Assembly (NCBI GenBank): GCA_017794945.1
Contig: CP051239.1
Span: 1,538,692 to 1,602,691, forward strand
Reading direction: 5' to 3'
From: Alcanivorax sp.
GTDB lineage: Bacteria > Pseudomonadota > Gammaproteobacteria > Pseudomonadales > Alcanivoracaceae
Length of the DNA stretch: 64,000 bases
Below the pieces are notes generated by a model. That model was given only the letters and a program-made list of their open reading frames with translations. It was not told where the DNA came from and did no database searches. Below, piece after piece: positions 9,656 to 22,917 of this stretch (the stretch's first letter is position 1; every line of letters begins with the position of its first letter). A program made the translations under genes and the position numbers.

Positions 9656-10592
9656 GGGTGGCCCCCGGCTGGAACAGCTCCGGGTGGCCGCGTCGTACCT
9701 CGGCCACGGTCATGGGGCGTTTGCCGGGCAGCTGTACCCGACTCAAGAGAACGGCGCCGTCGCCGCAGGCCACGGTCAGGCCATCGTCGCTGACGGTGAC
9801 GATGCGGCCGGGTTCCGGTTCGCCGGTGTCCGGCACTTCCTCGGCGTCCCAGATCCGCAGGGGCTGGCCGTCGAAGTCCACCCAGGCCACCGGCCAGGGA
9901 TTGAAGGCGCGCACCCGGTTGACCAGGGCGGCGCCGGGCAGGCGGAAGTCCAGCCGGGCGCCGGCCTTGGTCAGTTTGGCGGCGTAGGTGACGCCGTCCT
10001 CCGGCTGCGGCCGGGCCTTTTCCAGGTAGCCGGGCAGATCCTCGAGCACGGTGCTCAGGAGGCGGGCGCCCTGCTCGGCCAGGCGGTCGTGCAGCTCGCC
10101 ACCGGTCTCGCGGGCGCCGATGGTCAGCGACTCGCTGAGCAGCATCGGGCCGGTGTCCAGGCCGGCGTCCATCTGCATGATGGTGGTGCCGGTTTCCCGG
10201 TCGCCGGCCTGAATCGCCCACTGGATCGGGGCGGCGCCGCGCCAGCGCGGCAGCAGCGAGCCGTGCACGTTGACGCAGCCGAGCCGGGGCAGGGCCAGCA
10301 CCGCGCGGGGAATAATCAGGCCGTAGGCGACCACGATCAGCGCGTCCAGCGCCAGATCGCGCAGCTGGTTCTGAATCTCGTCGGTTTTGAGGGTGTCCGG
10401 CTGCAGCACCGGCAGGTCGTGTGCCAGGGCCAGTTTTTTCACCGGCCCGGGCTGCACTTTCTTACCGCGGCCGGCGCCGCGATCCGGCTGGGTGAGCACC
10501 GCGGCAACGGTGTGCGGGCCGTCGAGCAGCGCTTGCAGGCTGACGGCGGCGAAATCCGGGGTGCCGGCGAAGGCAAGGCGAAGCGGTTTCAA
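9648..10592 (-). CDS. fmt: Methionyl-tRNA formyltransferase
   Basis: FAGTPDFA, TQPDR, NVHGSLLPRWRGAAPIQ; TTG start. Confidence 0.96.
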   Translation of the reverse strand: MKPLRLAFAGTPDFAAVSLQALLDGPHTVAAVLTQPDRGAGRGKKVQPGPVKKLALAHDLPVLQPDTLKTDEIQNQLRDLALDALIVVAYGLIIPRAVLALPRLGCVNVHGSLLPRWRGAAPIQWAIQAGDRETGTTIMQMDAGLDTGPMLLSESLTIGARETGGELHDRLAEQGARLLSTVLEDLPGYLEKARPQPEDGVTYAAKLTKAGARLDFRLPGAALVNRVRAFNPWPVAWVDFDGQPLRIWDAEEVPDTGEPEPGRIVTVSDDGLTVACGDGAVLLSRVQLPGKRPMTVAEVRRGHPELFQPGATLE

Positions 10593-10600
10593 ATCAGTTC

Positions 10601-11107
10601 TCAGGCCTGTTGGCGGTGTACTTTCTGAAGCTTCTTCTTGATCCGATCACGCTTCAGGCGGGACACATAGTCGACAAAGAGCTTGCCGTTGAGGTGGTCG
10701 ATCTCATGCTGAATGCAGGTGGCCAGCAGCCCGTCGGTCTCGATCTCGAACGGCTCGCCGTTGCGGTCCAGGGCGTTGATGCGCACCCGCGAGGGGCGCT
10801 CCACCTTCTCGTAGAAGCCGGGCACCGACAGACAGCCCTCTTCATAGGGGGCCAGATCCTCGGTGAGGGGCGTGATCTCCGGGTTGATGAACACCTGCGG
10901 CTGGTCACGGGTCTCCGACACGTCGATCACCAGAACCCGCTTGTGCACGTTCACCTGGGACGCCGCCAGCCCGATTCCCGACGCCTCGTACATGGTTTCA
11001 ATCATGTCGTCGATCAGTTTGCGAAGCGCGTCATCCACCGTCTCGACCGGTTTTGCTACCGTGCGAAGGCGTGGGTCTGGGAATTCGAGTATCTCAAGCT
11101 TGGCCAT
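10601..11107 (-). CDS. def: Peptide deformylase
   Basis: [22 protein letters not shown]. Confidence 0.97.
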   Translation of the reverse strand: MAKLEILEFPDPRLRTVAKPVETVDDALRKLIDDMIETMYEASGIGLAASQVNVHKRVLVIDVSETRDQPQVFINPEITPLTEDLAPYEEGCLSVPGFYEKVERPSRVRINALDRNGEPFEIETDGLLATCIQHEIDHLNGKLFVDYVSRLKRDRIKKKLQKVHRQQA

Positions 11108-11259
11108 GGGGCTCCTGAGTTTTCAAACACTTGGGAAGGTGCTTTAAAGTCGGTTGCTAAATATATGATAGCGTTGCTAATATCCAAAAACGACTGTGCT
11201 CGATCCGGGGGTGTGTTCGCCGTTCCGCGGACACCAATAATGATAAAAGGAATCCGCTG

Positions 11260-12333
11260 ATGATGAAATCGCTGCAGCGAATCCTGTACGTGGGGTTGCT
11301 GGTGGTGACGTCCGCCGTCATGGCCGACACCATCGCGCTACGAGACGACCATCCTAATGTGTATTACGTCAAAAAGGGCGACACCCTTTGGGACATCAGC
11401 GGTCGTTTTCTCGAGAACCCCTGGCAGTGGCCGGAACTCTGGCACGACAACCCGGATATCGACAACCCGCATTTGATCTATCCCGGCGATGAAATCCGCC
11501 TATTCTGGCAGGATGGCGAGCCGCGCCTGGCGGTTAACCGGGATAACGTGAAGCGCACCAAACTCTCCGACGGCACCGTCAAGCTGACCCCCCGCGTCCG
11601 CGAAGTGGACCGCGACAGCGCCATCCCCGCGATTCCCATGAGCGCCATCCAGAGCTACCTGAAGGACGCCCTGGTGATGGACCGCGACGAGATTCTCGCC
11701 GCCCCCTACCTGATCGGCGGACAGGACCGCCGGGTGGTGTTCGGCATGGGCGACACCGTCTACGCCCGGGATCCGGAAGACCGCTTCGCCGACCTGCAGC
11801 GCCGCTACGGCATCTACCGGGTGGGCGAGGAATACGTGGACCCGCAGACCCAGGAAGTGCTCGGCTACGAAGCCCGCCGCATCGGCCTGGCCAGCGTCCG
11901 CGATCAGGAAGAGGACATGACCACCCTGGAAGTGATCCGCTCCTCCGAGGACGTGCGCGTGGACGACCGCCTGTTCCAGCAGCCGGACCGGGAAGTGCGC
12001 GCGGTGCTTTACCCCCATGCCCCCGACGAGAAAATCACCGGCAACATCATTCGTTTCTTCGACCGCATCAACAGCGTGGCGCGCAACGACGTGGTGGTGA
12101 TCAACAAGGGCGAGCGCGAGGGCATGGAACCCGGCCATGTGCTGGAAATCTTCCAGCAGGGCGAGCTGGTGCGCGACCGCCAGCAGGATGAAATGGTGCG
12201 TCTGCCGCGCACCAAGGCCGGCACCCTGGTGCTGTTCCGGGTCCATGAAAAGGTCAGCTACGGCCTGATCATGGAGTCCACCCGGCCGATCTACATGCAG
12301 GACATCGTGGAGAGCCCGGAAGGCAGCTACTGA
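11260..12333 (+). CDS. LysM peptidoglycan-binding protein (TsaP-like)
   Basis: Signal peptide, then YYVKKGDTLWDIS..NPHLIYPGD LysM; def-lysM-dprA synteny. Confidence 0.88.
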   Translation: MMKSLQRILYVGLLVVTSAVMADTIALRDDHPNVYYVKKGDTLWDISGRFLENPWQWPELWHDNPDIDNPHLIYPGDEIRLFWQDGEPRLAVNRDNVKRTKLSDGTVKLTPRVREVDRDSAIPAIPMSAIQSYLKDALVMDRDEILAAPYLIGGQDRRVVFGMGDTVYARDPEDRFADLQRRYGIYRVGEEYVDPQTQEVLGYEARRIGLASVRDQEEDMTTLEVIRSSEDVRVDDRLFQQPDREVRAVLYPHAPDEKITGNIIRFFDRINSVARNDVVVINKGEREGMEPGHVLEIFQQGELVRDRQQDEMVRLPRTKAGTLVLFRVHEKVSYGLIMESTRPIYMQDIVESPEGSY

Positions 12334-12378
12334 TTCGATTCTGAAAACCGTCTAGCACGGCGCACAGGGAGGTGCGCG

Positions 12379-13458
12379 ATGGATGCCCAACTCAAACGGC
12401 TGGTGCTGTGCGCCGCCTTTTCACCCTACTCGGCCCTCCTCGGCCGGATATTGCGTGAACACGCCCCCGACGATACCCCGCTGGACCGCTTCCGGTCCTG
12501 GCTGCCCAATAAAAACCGCTTGCCGGATCGGCGGCTGCGGCACCCGGAGGACCTGCACGGCCCTTTGACGGCCCTGTCGGGGCTCGGCTGGCGCTGGCTG
12601 GCCCTGGGTGACGACGACTACCCGCCGCTGCTGGCGGACCTGCCGGACGCGCCGGGGGTGCTGGCGGTACGCGGTGACCCGGCGGTGCTCGCCGGCCCGC
12701 AGCTGGCCATGGTGGGCGCCCGCGCGGCCTCCGCCGACGGCACCGACAACGCCTTCCGCTTTGCCCGCTCGCTGGCCGCCGCCGGCTTCGCCATCACCAG
12801 TGGCCTGGCGCTGGGCGTGGACGCCGCCGCCCACCGGGGCGCCCTGGCCGCCGGTGGCACCACCGTGGCGGTGCTCGGCAACGGCCCGGACCGGATCTAC
12901 CCGCCCCACCACCGCAAGCTGGCGCAGCAGATCATCGAAGGGGGCGGTGTTCTGGTCACCGAGTTCGCCCCCGGCAGCCAGCCGCGCAGGGAGTACTTTC
13001 CGGCGCGTAACCGGATTATCAGCGGCCTCAGCTTCGGCACCATCGTGGTGGAAGCGGCGCTGCGCAGCGGCTCGCTGATCACCGCCCGCACCGCCGCCGA
13101 GCAGGGCCGCGAGGTGTTCGCCATTCCCGGCTCGCTGCACAACCCGCTCAGCAAGGGCTGCCACCGGCTGCTGCGCGACGGCGCCAACTGGCTGGAGAGC
13201 GTCGACGATGTGCTGCACGCCTTCGGCGACTTCCGCCGCACCCTGGAGGACAGCCCGGCGCTGTCGGCGGCCCGCCGCCCGGACGACACCCAGGGTCTGC
13301 TGGCGCACTTCACCACCGGCATCAACGGCCTGGACGATCTCGCCAGCCGCAGCGGCCTGCCGATGACCGAACTGGCGGAACAGCTCGCCGACCTGGAGCT
13401 GGAAGGCAGGATCAAGCGGGTCGCCGGCGGCTACAGCCGCCATCGCGGGCTTGCCTGA
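12379..13458 (+). CDS. dprA: DNA processing protein DprA
   Basis: [55 protein letters not shown]. Confidence 0.94.
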   Translation: MDAQLKRLVLCAAFSPYSALLGRILREHAPDDTPLDRFRSWLPNKNRLPDRRLRHPEDLHGPLTALSGLGWRWLALGDDDYPPLLADLPDAPGVLAVRGDPAVLAGPQLAMVGARAASADGTDNAFRFARSLAAAGFAITSGLALGVDAAAHRGALAAGGTTVAVLGNGPDRIYPPHHRKLAQQIIEGGGVLVTEFAPGSQPRREYFPARNRIISGLSFGTIVVEAALRSGSLITARTAAEQGREVFAIPGSLHNPLSKGCHRLLRDGANWLESVDDVLHAFGDFRRTLEDSPALSAARRPDDTQGLLAHFTTGINGLDDLASRSGLPMTELAEQLADLELEGRIKRVAGGYSRHRGLA

Positions 13459-13505
13459 CCGTCCGGGCTTGGGTACCTTCGCGGCCAGTAACCACACGAG
13501 GAACG

Positions 13506-15800
<2,295 letters not shown>

Positions 15801-15934
15801 GTGACCCCACGCGCCATTTTACAAACTTTGTCGCGTTGCGGCTGGCGGTGCTGGCCGAAACCCGCTGAAATATTCGCCAATTGCCGCCCCTGCCTGGGCT
15901 GGCCTTTTTGTCTTTTATGCGCTGAGGAAAACTC

Positions 15935-16921
15935 ATGTTTTTGCCACGCTTGGTGGTATTGCTTGCCGCGAGTCTTGTCTGTGGTCTGGTTCAGGCCAAC
16001 ACCTTCGGTTTTTCCTGGGATAACGACGCTTTCCTGGGCCAGGACAAAAACTACACCAACGGCGTCCGTTTCAGCTGGGTCGGTGACGGTCAGTCGGATT
16101 GCCAGGCCAACGGCGGCCTGACCTGTGGCGTGGCCCGGGCGCTGGACCCGCTGCCGGGGGTGTCGGCCTCCGATGAGCGGCACGCGCTCACCGTCAGCCT
16201 GCAGCAGATCATGATCACGCCGTCCGACATCAAACGGACGACGCCGGATTACAACGACCTGCCCTATGTGGGTTATTCCAACCTGGAACTGGGTCTGTTC
16301 AGCTGGGACAAGAAGAACCTGTTCGGCTACGGCGTGCGCGCCGGCATCGTCGGGCCGGATTCCGGTGCCGAGCAGTCGCAGAAGTTCGTGCATAAAGTGG
16401 TCGGCGCCAACGAGCCCCAGGGCTGGGACGACCAGCTCGGTCACGACGGCATCGGCGGCGTTTATTTCCTGCATGCGCACCGTCTGTTCCGCACCACCAA
16501 CGACGCCGGCTACCAGACCGAACTGGGCGCCGCCTGGGGCATCGACGCCAACAACTTCGACGGCGGCGCCCAGGTCGGCGGCTTTATCCGCTTCGGCCGC
16601 AACCTGCCCGGCAACTTCATTCCCGACTACGCCGGCCTCGGCACCGCCGGCTCGCTGGTGGGCCTGTTCGATAACCCGGGGTTCGGCTGGGAAGTGTTCT
16701 TCGGTTTGAGCGGTCAGTACGTGGGCTATTCCTACCTGGAAGAGAACGCCGGCCGCTATAACATCGAGGCCCGCGACGCCGTCGGCGCGGTGATCACCGG
16801 CTTCGGGGTGCGCTCCGGCGAGTTCAGCTTCACCATGACGGTGCAGACCTCCACCTCGCCGGTGCGGGATAACAACGACCCACTGAGCTTCGGCAACATG
16901 TCCTTTATGTGGGCCATCTAA
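15935..16921 (+). CDS. Lipid A deacylase LpxR-family (DUF2219) outer-membrane protein
   Basis: Signal peptide; WDNDAF..DKNYTNG, QQIMITP, DLPYVG, GPDSGAEQSQKFVH..GWDDQL. Confidence 0.8.
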   Translation: MFLPRLVVLLAASLVCGLVQANTFGFSWDNDAFLGQDKNYTNGVRFSWVGDGQSDCQANGGLTCGVARALDPLPGVSASDERHALTVSLQQIMITPSDIKRTTPDYNDLPYVGYSNLELGLFSWDKKNLFGYGVRAGIVGPDSGAEQSQKFVHKVVGANEPQGWDDQLGHDGIGGVYFLHAHRLFRTTNDAGYQTELGAAWGIDANNFDGGAQVGGFIRFGRNLPGNFIPDYAGLGTAGSLVGLFDNPGFGWEVFFGLSGQYVGYSYLEENAGRYNIEARDAVGAVITGFGVRSGEFSFTMTVQTSTSPVRDNNDPLSFGNMSFMWAI

Positions 16922-17451
16922 GCCTCGTCCAGGTACTGGTCCTTCAGCTTCACATAGTTGCCGGCCACATAGGGCAGGAACTCGATTTCCTTGGCGGTGA
17001 GCTCGCGCACGGCCCGTGCCGGCCGGCCCCGGTACAGCCAGCCGGAGGCCAGCCGTTTGCCGGGGCTCACCAGGCTGCCGGCGGCCAGCATCACGTCACT
17101 TTCCACCACCGCGCCGTCCATGATCATGGTCTGCATGCCGATCATCACCCGGTCACCGATGGTGCAGCCGTGCAGCATCGCCTGATGGCCCACGGTGACG
17201 TCGTCGCCCAGGGTCAGCGGGAAGCCGCCGGGGTTGAAGGCGGAGTCGTGGGTGATGTGCAGCACGGCGTTATCCTGCACACTGGTACGGGCGCCGATAA
17301 CGATGCGGTGCATGTCGCCGCGCACCACGGCGCCGGGCCACACGGAGCTGTCGTCGCCGAGGGTCACCTCGCCGATCACGGTGGAGGCCGGGTCGACGAA
17401 AACCCGTTCACCCTGGCGTGGCACCTTGTTCTGGAAGCTTCGAATCCCCAT
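16918..17451 (-). CDS. Gamma carbonic anhydrase family (YrdA-like)
   Basis: Hexapeptide repeats; VRGD, SVQDNAVLH, TVGHQAMLHGC. Confidence 0.9.
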   Translation of the reverse strand: MGIRSFQNKVPRQGERVFVDPASTVIGEVTLGDDSSVWPGAVVRGDMHRIVIGARTSVQDNAVLHITHDSAFNPGGFPLTLGDDVTVGHQAMLHGCTIGDRVMIGMQTMIMDGAVVESDVMLAAGSLVSPGKRLASGWLYRGRPARAVRELTAKEIEFLPYVAGNYVKLKDQYLDEA

Positions 17452-17501
17452 TTCACACCCATTCATCAAGACGAATCAGACCCGTTATAACGAGAGGCAC
17501 C

Positions 17502-19538
17502 ATGAGTCACAACCCGCTGATTGATTACCCGGACCTGCCGCCCTTCTCCGAAATCCGCCCGGAGCACGTGAAACCGGCGGTGGAACAGTTGGTGGAAGCG
17601 GGCCGCGAGCGCATCCGCAAGGTGCTGGCCGACGGTGACTTCAGCTACCGGGCTCTGGAATTGACCCTGGCTGAGGAAGACGAGCGCCTGGAAAAGGCCT
17701 TCGGCCCGGTGGGGCATCTGAATGCCGTGGCCCAGGATGAAGCGCTGCGCGAAGCGTACAACGCCTGCCTGCCGCTGATCAGCGAGTACAGCACCGAAGT
17801 GGGCCAGAACAGCGAGCTGTTCGCCGCCTACCAGGCGCTGCGCGACAGCGACGAATTCAAAACCCTGACACCGGCCCAGCAGAAAGACATCGACAACACG
17901 CTGCGTGATTTCCGCCTCTCCGGCGTGGCCCTGCCCGAAGCGCAGAAGGCGCAATACATGGAGAACGCCAAGCGGCTGTCGGAGTTGACCACCCGCTTCG
18001 AGAACAACCTGCTGGACGCCACCCAGGCCTGGAAGAAGCACGTTACCGATGAAGCGGAACTGGCCGGGCTGCCGGATACCGCCCTGGCCGGCGCCGCCGA
18101 CCGCGCCCGCGCCGAGGGCCTGGAACAGGGCTGGCTGCTGACCCTCGACTTCCCGGTGTTCTTCGCGGTGATGAGCCACGCCGAGAACCGCGCCCTGCGT
18201 GAAGAGATGTACCGGGCCTTCACCACCCGCGCTTCCGACCAGGGCCCGCAGGCCGGTGAATACGACAACGGCGCGGTGATGGACGAGATCCTCAAGCTGC
18301 GCCACGAGCAGGCCAACCTGCTCGGTTTCGCCAACTACGCGGATAAATCCCTGGCCACCAAGATGGCCCGCGACGTGGAGGAAGTGATCGGCTTCCTCGA
18401 CGACCTGGCCCGCCGCGCCAAACCCCAGGCGGAACGGGAAGTGGCGGCCTTGAAGGCGTTCGCCGCCGAGCAGGGCGCCGACGACCTGCAGCCCTGGGAC
18501 CTGGGCTACTGGAGCGAGCGCCTGCGCGAGGCCCGCTACGATCTTTCCGACGAAGCGCTGCGCCCCTGGTTCCCGGCGGAGAAAGTGATCGACGGCATGT
18601 TCCAGGTGGTCGGCAAGCTGTTCGGCATTCGTTTCCGCCAGCGTGACGACGTGGACACCTGGCACCCGGACGTGCGCTTCTTTGAACTGGTGGACGACGA
18701 CGGCAGCGTGCGCGCCGCTTTCTACCTCGACATGTACGCACGCAACGGCAAGCGCGGCGGGGCCTGGATGGACGACGCCCGGGTGCGCCGCCGCCGTCTG
18801 GACGGCGAACTGCAGACCCCGGTCGCCTACCTGACCTGCAACTTCGCGCCGCCGGCCGGCGGCAAGCCCGGCCTGCTCACCCACGACGAAGTGGTCACCC
18901 TGTTCCACGAGTTCGGCCATGGGCTGCACCACATGCTCACCGAGCAGGAAGTGGCCGGCATCTCCGGTATTAACGGCGTGGCCTGGGACGCGGTGGAGCT
19001 GCCCAGCCAGTTCCTGGAAAACTGGTGCTGGACCGAAGAGGGCCTGGCGCTGATTTCCGGCCACTACGAAACCGGCGAACCGCTGCCCCGGGAAACCCTG
19101 GACAAGATGCTCGCCGCCAAGAACTTCCAGAGCGCCATGGGCATGATGCGCCAACTGGAATTCTCGCTGTTCGACATGCGCCTGCACGCGGAGTACCGCG
19201 AAGGCCTGAATATCCAGCAGGTGCTGGATGAAGTGCGCGAGCAGGTGTCGGTGATCAAGCCGCCGGCCTTCAACCGCTTCCAGAACGGTTTCGGGCACAT
19301 CTTCGCCGGCGGCTACGCGGCCGGTTACTACAGCTACAAGTGGGCAGAAGTGCTCTCCTGTGACGCCTATGCCCGCTTCGAGGAGGAAGGCCCGTTCAAC
19401 GAAGCCACCGGTCGCGATTTCCGCGACAAGATCCTCGCCCGTGGCGGCAGCCGCGAGCCGATGGAACTGTTCGTGGATTTCCGCGGCCGCGAACCCAGTG
19501 TCGAGCCGTTGCTTCGCCACAGCGGCATCGAAGGTTAG
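17502..19538 (+). CDS. prlC: Oligopeptidase A (M3 family)
   Basis: KRGGAWM, LFHEFGHGLHH, WDAVELPSQFLE, HIFAGGYAAGYYSYKWAE; ATG 17502. Confidence 0.96.
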   Translation: MSHNPLIDYPDLPPFSEIRPEHVKPAVEQLVEAGRERIRKVLADGDFSYRALELTLAEEDERLEKAFGPVGHLNAVAQDEALREAYNACLPLISEYSTEVGQNSELFAAYQALRDSDEFKTLTPAQQKDIDNTLRDFRLSGVALPEAQKAQYMENAKRLSELTTRFENNLLDATQAWKKHVTDEAELAGLPDTALAGAADRARAEGLEQGWLLTLDFPVFFAVMSHAENRALREEMYRAFTTRASDQGPQAGEYDNGAVMDEILKLRHEQANLLGFANYADKSLATKMARDVEEVIGFLDDLARRAKPQAEREVAALKAFAAEQGADDLQPWDLGYWSERLREARYDLSDEALRPWFPAEKVIDGMFQVVGKLFGIRFRQRDDVDTWHPDVRFFELVDDDGSVRAAFYLDMYARNGKRGGAWMDDARVRRRRLDGELQTPVAYLTCNFAPPAGGKPGLLTHDEVVTLFHEFGHGLHHMLTEQEVAGISGINGVAWDAVELPSQFLENWCWTEEGLALISGHYETGEPLPRETLDKMLAAKNFQSAMGMMRQLEFSLFDMRLHAEYREGLNIQQVLDEVREQVSVIKPPAFNRFQNGFGHIFAGGYAAGYYSYKWAEVLSCDAYARFEEEGPFNEATGRDFRDKILARGGSREPMELFVDFRGREPSVEPLLRHSGIEG

Positions 19539-19543
19539 CGATT

Positions 19544-19744
19544 ATGGTTAAACGTCAGTTCATCGCCGGGGCGACCTGCCCCGGCTGCGGCGCCATGGAC
19601 CGTATCCAGCGCTGCAGTGACGACGACAGTACCTGGATGGAGTGTGTCGCCTGCGGGCTGGTCCGCGACCTGGACCAGCCACCCGCGGCGGCGGACGCCA
19701 CCGACGCCAATGAGCAGACAGTGACGCTAAAGCCCCGGCGTTAG
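19544..19744 (+). CDS. YheV-family putative zinc-binding protein
   Basis: KRQFIAGATCPGC..D..ECVACG directly after prlC. Confidence 0.85.
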   Translation: MVKRQFIAGATCPGCGAMDRIQRCSDDDSTWMECVACGLVRDLDQPPAAADATDANEQTVTLKPRR

Positions 19745-19747
19745 GTA

Positions 19748-20368
19748 TCAGTAACGCCAGCCCGGTGAGCTCAAGTAGGCGTAGACGAACACCGCGGCGG
19801 CGACCAGGAACACCACCATCATCACGGTGGCGATGATGCCGAAAATCATGCCCGCGATGGCGGTGCCCCGCCCGCCGGGGTCACGCTCGCCCCGATCCAT
19901 GGCTTTCAGCTCCAGGACCCCCAATACCCAGGCGACCACCCCCAGCGGCGAGAACAGCAGCATGCTGATCAGGCCCAGCGTCAGTACCAGGGTGCCGCGA
20001 TGCGGCTGCACCGCTTCCCCGGTCCGTGTCGCTTCGGCGGCCGGCACCGCCGGCCGGTAGGGGTCGCGCTCAACGAAAGCGGCGGCCAGCAGCAGCCCCA
20101 GAGTGGTCGCGCCGAACACGAAATAACCCGCCGACACAATCATCGAATAGGCTTCCCAGGACAGTAGCCCGTTGCCGCTGAGCGGCACCAGAAAATGATT
20201 GGTCACCACCTGGAACACGGCCTGAAGCAGTAACACCACGCTGGCGAGTATCACCAGCAGGGACGCTTTGCGCGCCCGGCTTCTGAAGACGATGCCCAGC
20301 ACCAGGCCGACAATGGCCGGTATAACAACGGGCAGAAGGTTGATGATGGTGCTCAGATATTGCGGCAT
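19748..20368 (-). CDS. Membrane protein with DUF4190-like C-terminal domain
   Basis: Several TM segments; HRGTLVLTLG..GRGTAIAGMIFGII. Confidence 0.7.
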   Translation of the reverse strand: MPQYLSTIINLLPVVIPAIVGLVLGIVFRSRARKASLLVILASVVLLLQAVFQVVTNHFLVPLSGNGLLSWEAYSMIVSAGYFVFGATTLGLLLAAAFVERDPYRPAVPAAEATRTGEAVQPHRGTLVLTLGLISMLLFSPLGVVAWVLGVLELKAMDRGERDPGGRGTAIAGMIFGIIATVMMVVFLVAAAVFVYAYLSSPGWRY

Positions 20369-20583
20369 GCGGCCCCCTGATAATCAAAGGCGGCCACGTT
20401 AGCGTTGTCGGCGGTGATTGTCCCGGCCGGCGGTCACAGTTCCGCGGCGGCCGATTCCCACCCGATGCAAAAGAAGGTAAAGCGGTGTGATTGGGGGTCG
20501 GCAAGTCCGCCCCGCAGGGCGCACTATGATTTTCCCACCGTGATTCTCATGGTGAGCGAAACCGATGAGAAAGGAGTTCTCTC

Positions 20584-21036
20584 ATGTCCGACGATAAGGT
20601 AACCAAAGTACTTAACGCCTTGATTGAAACCTGCCGGGACGGCGAAGAAGGTTTTCGCACTTGCGCCGAACAAATGGAAAAACCCGAACTGCAGCAGATT
20701 TGCAGAGACCGCGCCCAGAGCTGCGCCACGGCGGCCCAGGAGCTGCAAGAACTGGTGCGCGCCCAGGGCGGCGATCCGGAAGACAGCACCAGCGTGGCCG
20801 GCACGCTGCACCGCCGCTGGGTGGATCTGAAAGCGAAGCTGATGGACCGCACCGACGAAACCGTGCTTAACGAATGCGAACGCGGTGAGGATGTGGCCAA
20901 GCACAACTACCAGAAGGCGCTCGATGAAGAGCTGCCGGAGACGGTGCGCGCCGTGGTGGAAAAGCAGTACCAGGGTGTGAAGGAAAACCACGACAAGATA
21001 AAAGCACTGCGGGATTCTGAACGCGCCAAGGCGTGA
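20584..21036 (+). CDS. PA2169/DUF2383 four-helix-bundle (ferritin-like) protein
   Basis: LNALIETCRDGEEGF..GTLHRRWVDLK..ECERGED..Y..AL. Confidence 0.88.
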   Translation: MSDDKVTKVLNALIETCRDGEEGFRTCAEQMEKPELQQICRDRAQSCATAAQELQELVRAQGGDPEDSTSVAGTLHRRWVDLKAKLMDRTDETVLNECERGEDVAKHNYQKALDEELPETVRAVVEKQYQGVKENHDKIKALRDSERAKA

Positions 21037-21060
21037 GCCCGTTTTGCTGACAACCCGATG

Positions 21061-21096
21061 CAATAAAAAACCCGGCCTGTGCCGGGTTTTTTATTG
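21061..21096. terminator. Bidirectional terminator between convergent genes
   Basis: CAATAAAAAACCCGGC-ctgt-GCCGGGTTTTTTATTG inverted repeat. Confidence 0.88.
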
Positions 21097-21131
21097 CCGG
21101 GCCGGACTAACGGCCGACGCGCCGCATTCGG

Positions 21132-21908
21132 TTATTTCTCGACGAAGGCGCGCTCGATCACGTACTCGTGCATGTGACCGCCACGGGATTCGCGGAAGCC
21201 CCAGTCATCCAGAATGTTGGTGAAGTCCTTCAGCATGGCGGGGCTGCCGCACAGCATGAAACGGTCTTCTTCCAGATTGGGCTTGGGCAGCTCCAGATCG
21301 TCGAACAGCTTGCCGCTGGTCATCAGATCGGTGAGCCGGCCCTTGTTGCGGTACGGCTCGCGGGTCACCGTCGGATAATAGAGCAACTGGTTGCGGATAA
21401 TATCGCCGAAGAATTCGTTGTCCGGCAGCTCGTTCTCAATCACGTCGCGGTAAGCCAGCTCCGAGGTGTAGCGCACCCCGTGGGTGAGGATCACTTGGTC
21501 GAACTGCTCGTAGATCTCCGGATCCTTGATGATGCTCAGGAACGGCGCCAGGCCGGTGCCGGTGGACAGCAGCCACAGGCGTTTGCCGGGCAGCAGATGG
21601 TCCGCCACCAGGGTGCCGGTGGGCTTGCGGCTCACATAGATCTTGTCGCCGGGCTGAATTTTCTGCAGCCGCGAGGTGAGCGGGCCGTCCGGCACCTTGA
21701 TGCTGAAGAACTCCAGCTCTTCCTCATAGTTGGCGCTGGCGATGGAATAAGCGCGCAGCAGCGGACGGCCGCCGTCCTGCTCCAGGCCGATCATGGTGAA
21801 ATGACCGTTCTTGAAGCGGAAGCCGGGATCGCGACTGGTGGTGAAACTGAACAGGGTTTCATTCCAGTGGCGAACGCTGGTGACGGTTTCAGTATTCAAA
21901 TTTGACAT
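21132..21908 (-). CDS. fpr: Ferredoxin-NADP+ reductase
   Basis: RAYSIAS, STGTGLAPF, MLCGSPAM, C-terminal ERAFVEK. Confidence 0.95.
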   Translation of the reverse strand: MSNLNTETVTSVRHWNETLFSFTTSRDPGFRFKNGHFTMIGLEQDGGRPLLRAYSIASANYEEELEFFSIKVPDGPLTSRLQKIQPGDKIYVSRKPTGTLVADHLLPGKRLWLLSTGTGLAPFLSIIKDPEIYEQFDQVILTHGVRYTSELAYRDVIENELPDNEFFGDIIRNQLLYYPTVTREPYRNKGRLTDLMTSGKLFDDLELPKPNLEEDRFMLCGSPAMLKDFTNILDDWGFRESRGGHMHEYVIERAFVEK

Positions 21909-21968
21909 ATGCTAATACGCTTTTATTCCGAAATATCCAGTTGGTGAGAATATAATCACCCGGGAGAT

Positions 21969-22014
21969 ATCGGTAAAATGGGTTATCCCGATATTTGATA
22001 TCGATTATACCGAT
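21969..22014. promoter_or_regulatory. LysR-type (FinR) binding boxes in fpr/finR divergent promoter
   Basis: ATCG-N7-CGAT palindrome at 22000-22014 and a degenerate copy from 21969. Confidence 0.45.
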
Positions 22015-22023
22015 GAGGCCGCT

Positions 22024-22914
22024 ATGCGCTACACCCTCCGCCAGCTCGAGGTGTTCCTCGCCACCGCCCACTTCGAAAACGTCAGCCGCGCCGCGGATCA
22101 CCTCAGCATGTCCCAGTCCGCCGCCTCCGGGGCGCTCAAGGAGCTTGAGTCGCAGTTCGAGATCAAGCTGTTCGAGCGCGCCGGCAAGCGCCTGCGCCTC
22201 AACGAGCTGGGCCGCCAGCTGTGGCCCCGGGCCGAGGCCCTGCTGGGCCAGGCCCGTGACCTGGAGGCCGGGCTGCTGGCCCATCAGGAGCTGGGGCAGC
22301 TTAATGTGGGGGCGACCCTGACCATCGGCAACTACCTGGCGGTGAGTATTATGGCCCGTTATATGGCCGAACAGCCCGGCGCCCGGGTGCAACTGGAGGT
22401 GGCCAACACCCGCGCCATCGTCGACCGGGTGCTGGGGTTTGATCTGGATTTGGGGCTGATCGAGGGGGAAATGAACCACCGCGACCTGGAGCTGCTGCCC
22501 TGGCGCGAGGACGAGCTGGTGGTGTTCTGCGCCCCGGACCACCCCCTGGCCGGCAAGCCGCGCCTGGACGACCATGATTTGAAAGCCGCCACCTGGATCG
22601 TCCGCGAGTCCGGCTCCGGCACGCGGCAGACCTTCGAGCGCGGCATGCACGGCATCCTGCCGGATCTTAACCTGCTGCTGGAGCTGGAGCACACCGAGGC
22701 GATCAAGCGGGCGGTGGAAACCGGCCTGGGCATCAGTTGCCTGTCGCGGGTGTCACTGCGCGAGGCCTTCCGGCGCGGGTCGCTGGTGCCCCTGGCGGTG
22801 CCGCACCGGGATTTCAGCCGCGAGTTCTATTTCGTGCTGCACCGGCAAAAGTACCGCAGCCCGGGGGTGGAGCGCTGGCTGCAACTGTGCCGGGAATCCC
22901 GCGATCAGGGCTGA
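22024..22914 (+). CDS. finR: LysR-family regulator FinR
   Basis: YTLRQLEVF HTH; divergent from fpr as in pseudomonads. Confidence 0.85.
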   Translation: MRYTLRQLEVFLATAHFENVSRAADHLSMSQSAASGALKELESQFEIKLFERAGKRLRLNELGRQLWPRAEALLGQARDLEAGLLAHQELGQLNVGATLTIGNYLAVSIMARYMAEQPGARVQLEVANTRAIVDRVLGFDLDLGLIEGEMNHRDLELLPWREDELVVFCAPDHPLAGKPRLDDHDLKAATWIVRESGSGTRQTFERGMHGILPDLNLLLELEHTEAIKRAVETGLGISCLSRVSLREAFRRGSLVPLAVPHRDFSREFYFVLHRQKYRSPGVERWLQLCRESRDQG

Positions 22915-22917
22915 GGG

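Noticed and set aside
17466-19520. 684-aa antisense ORF opposite prlC, and similar long shadow ORFs (e.g. 2223-3338, 6930-8387, 23805-25628, 36646-38439, 43382-45238, 60519-62642)
   Set aside because: They mirror well-supported genes; antisense frames stay open in GC-rich DNA with strong codon bias and show no family motifs
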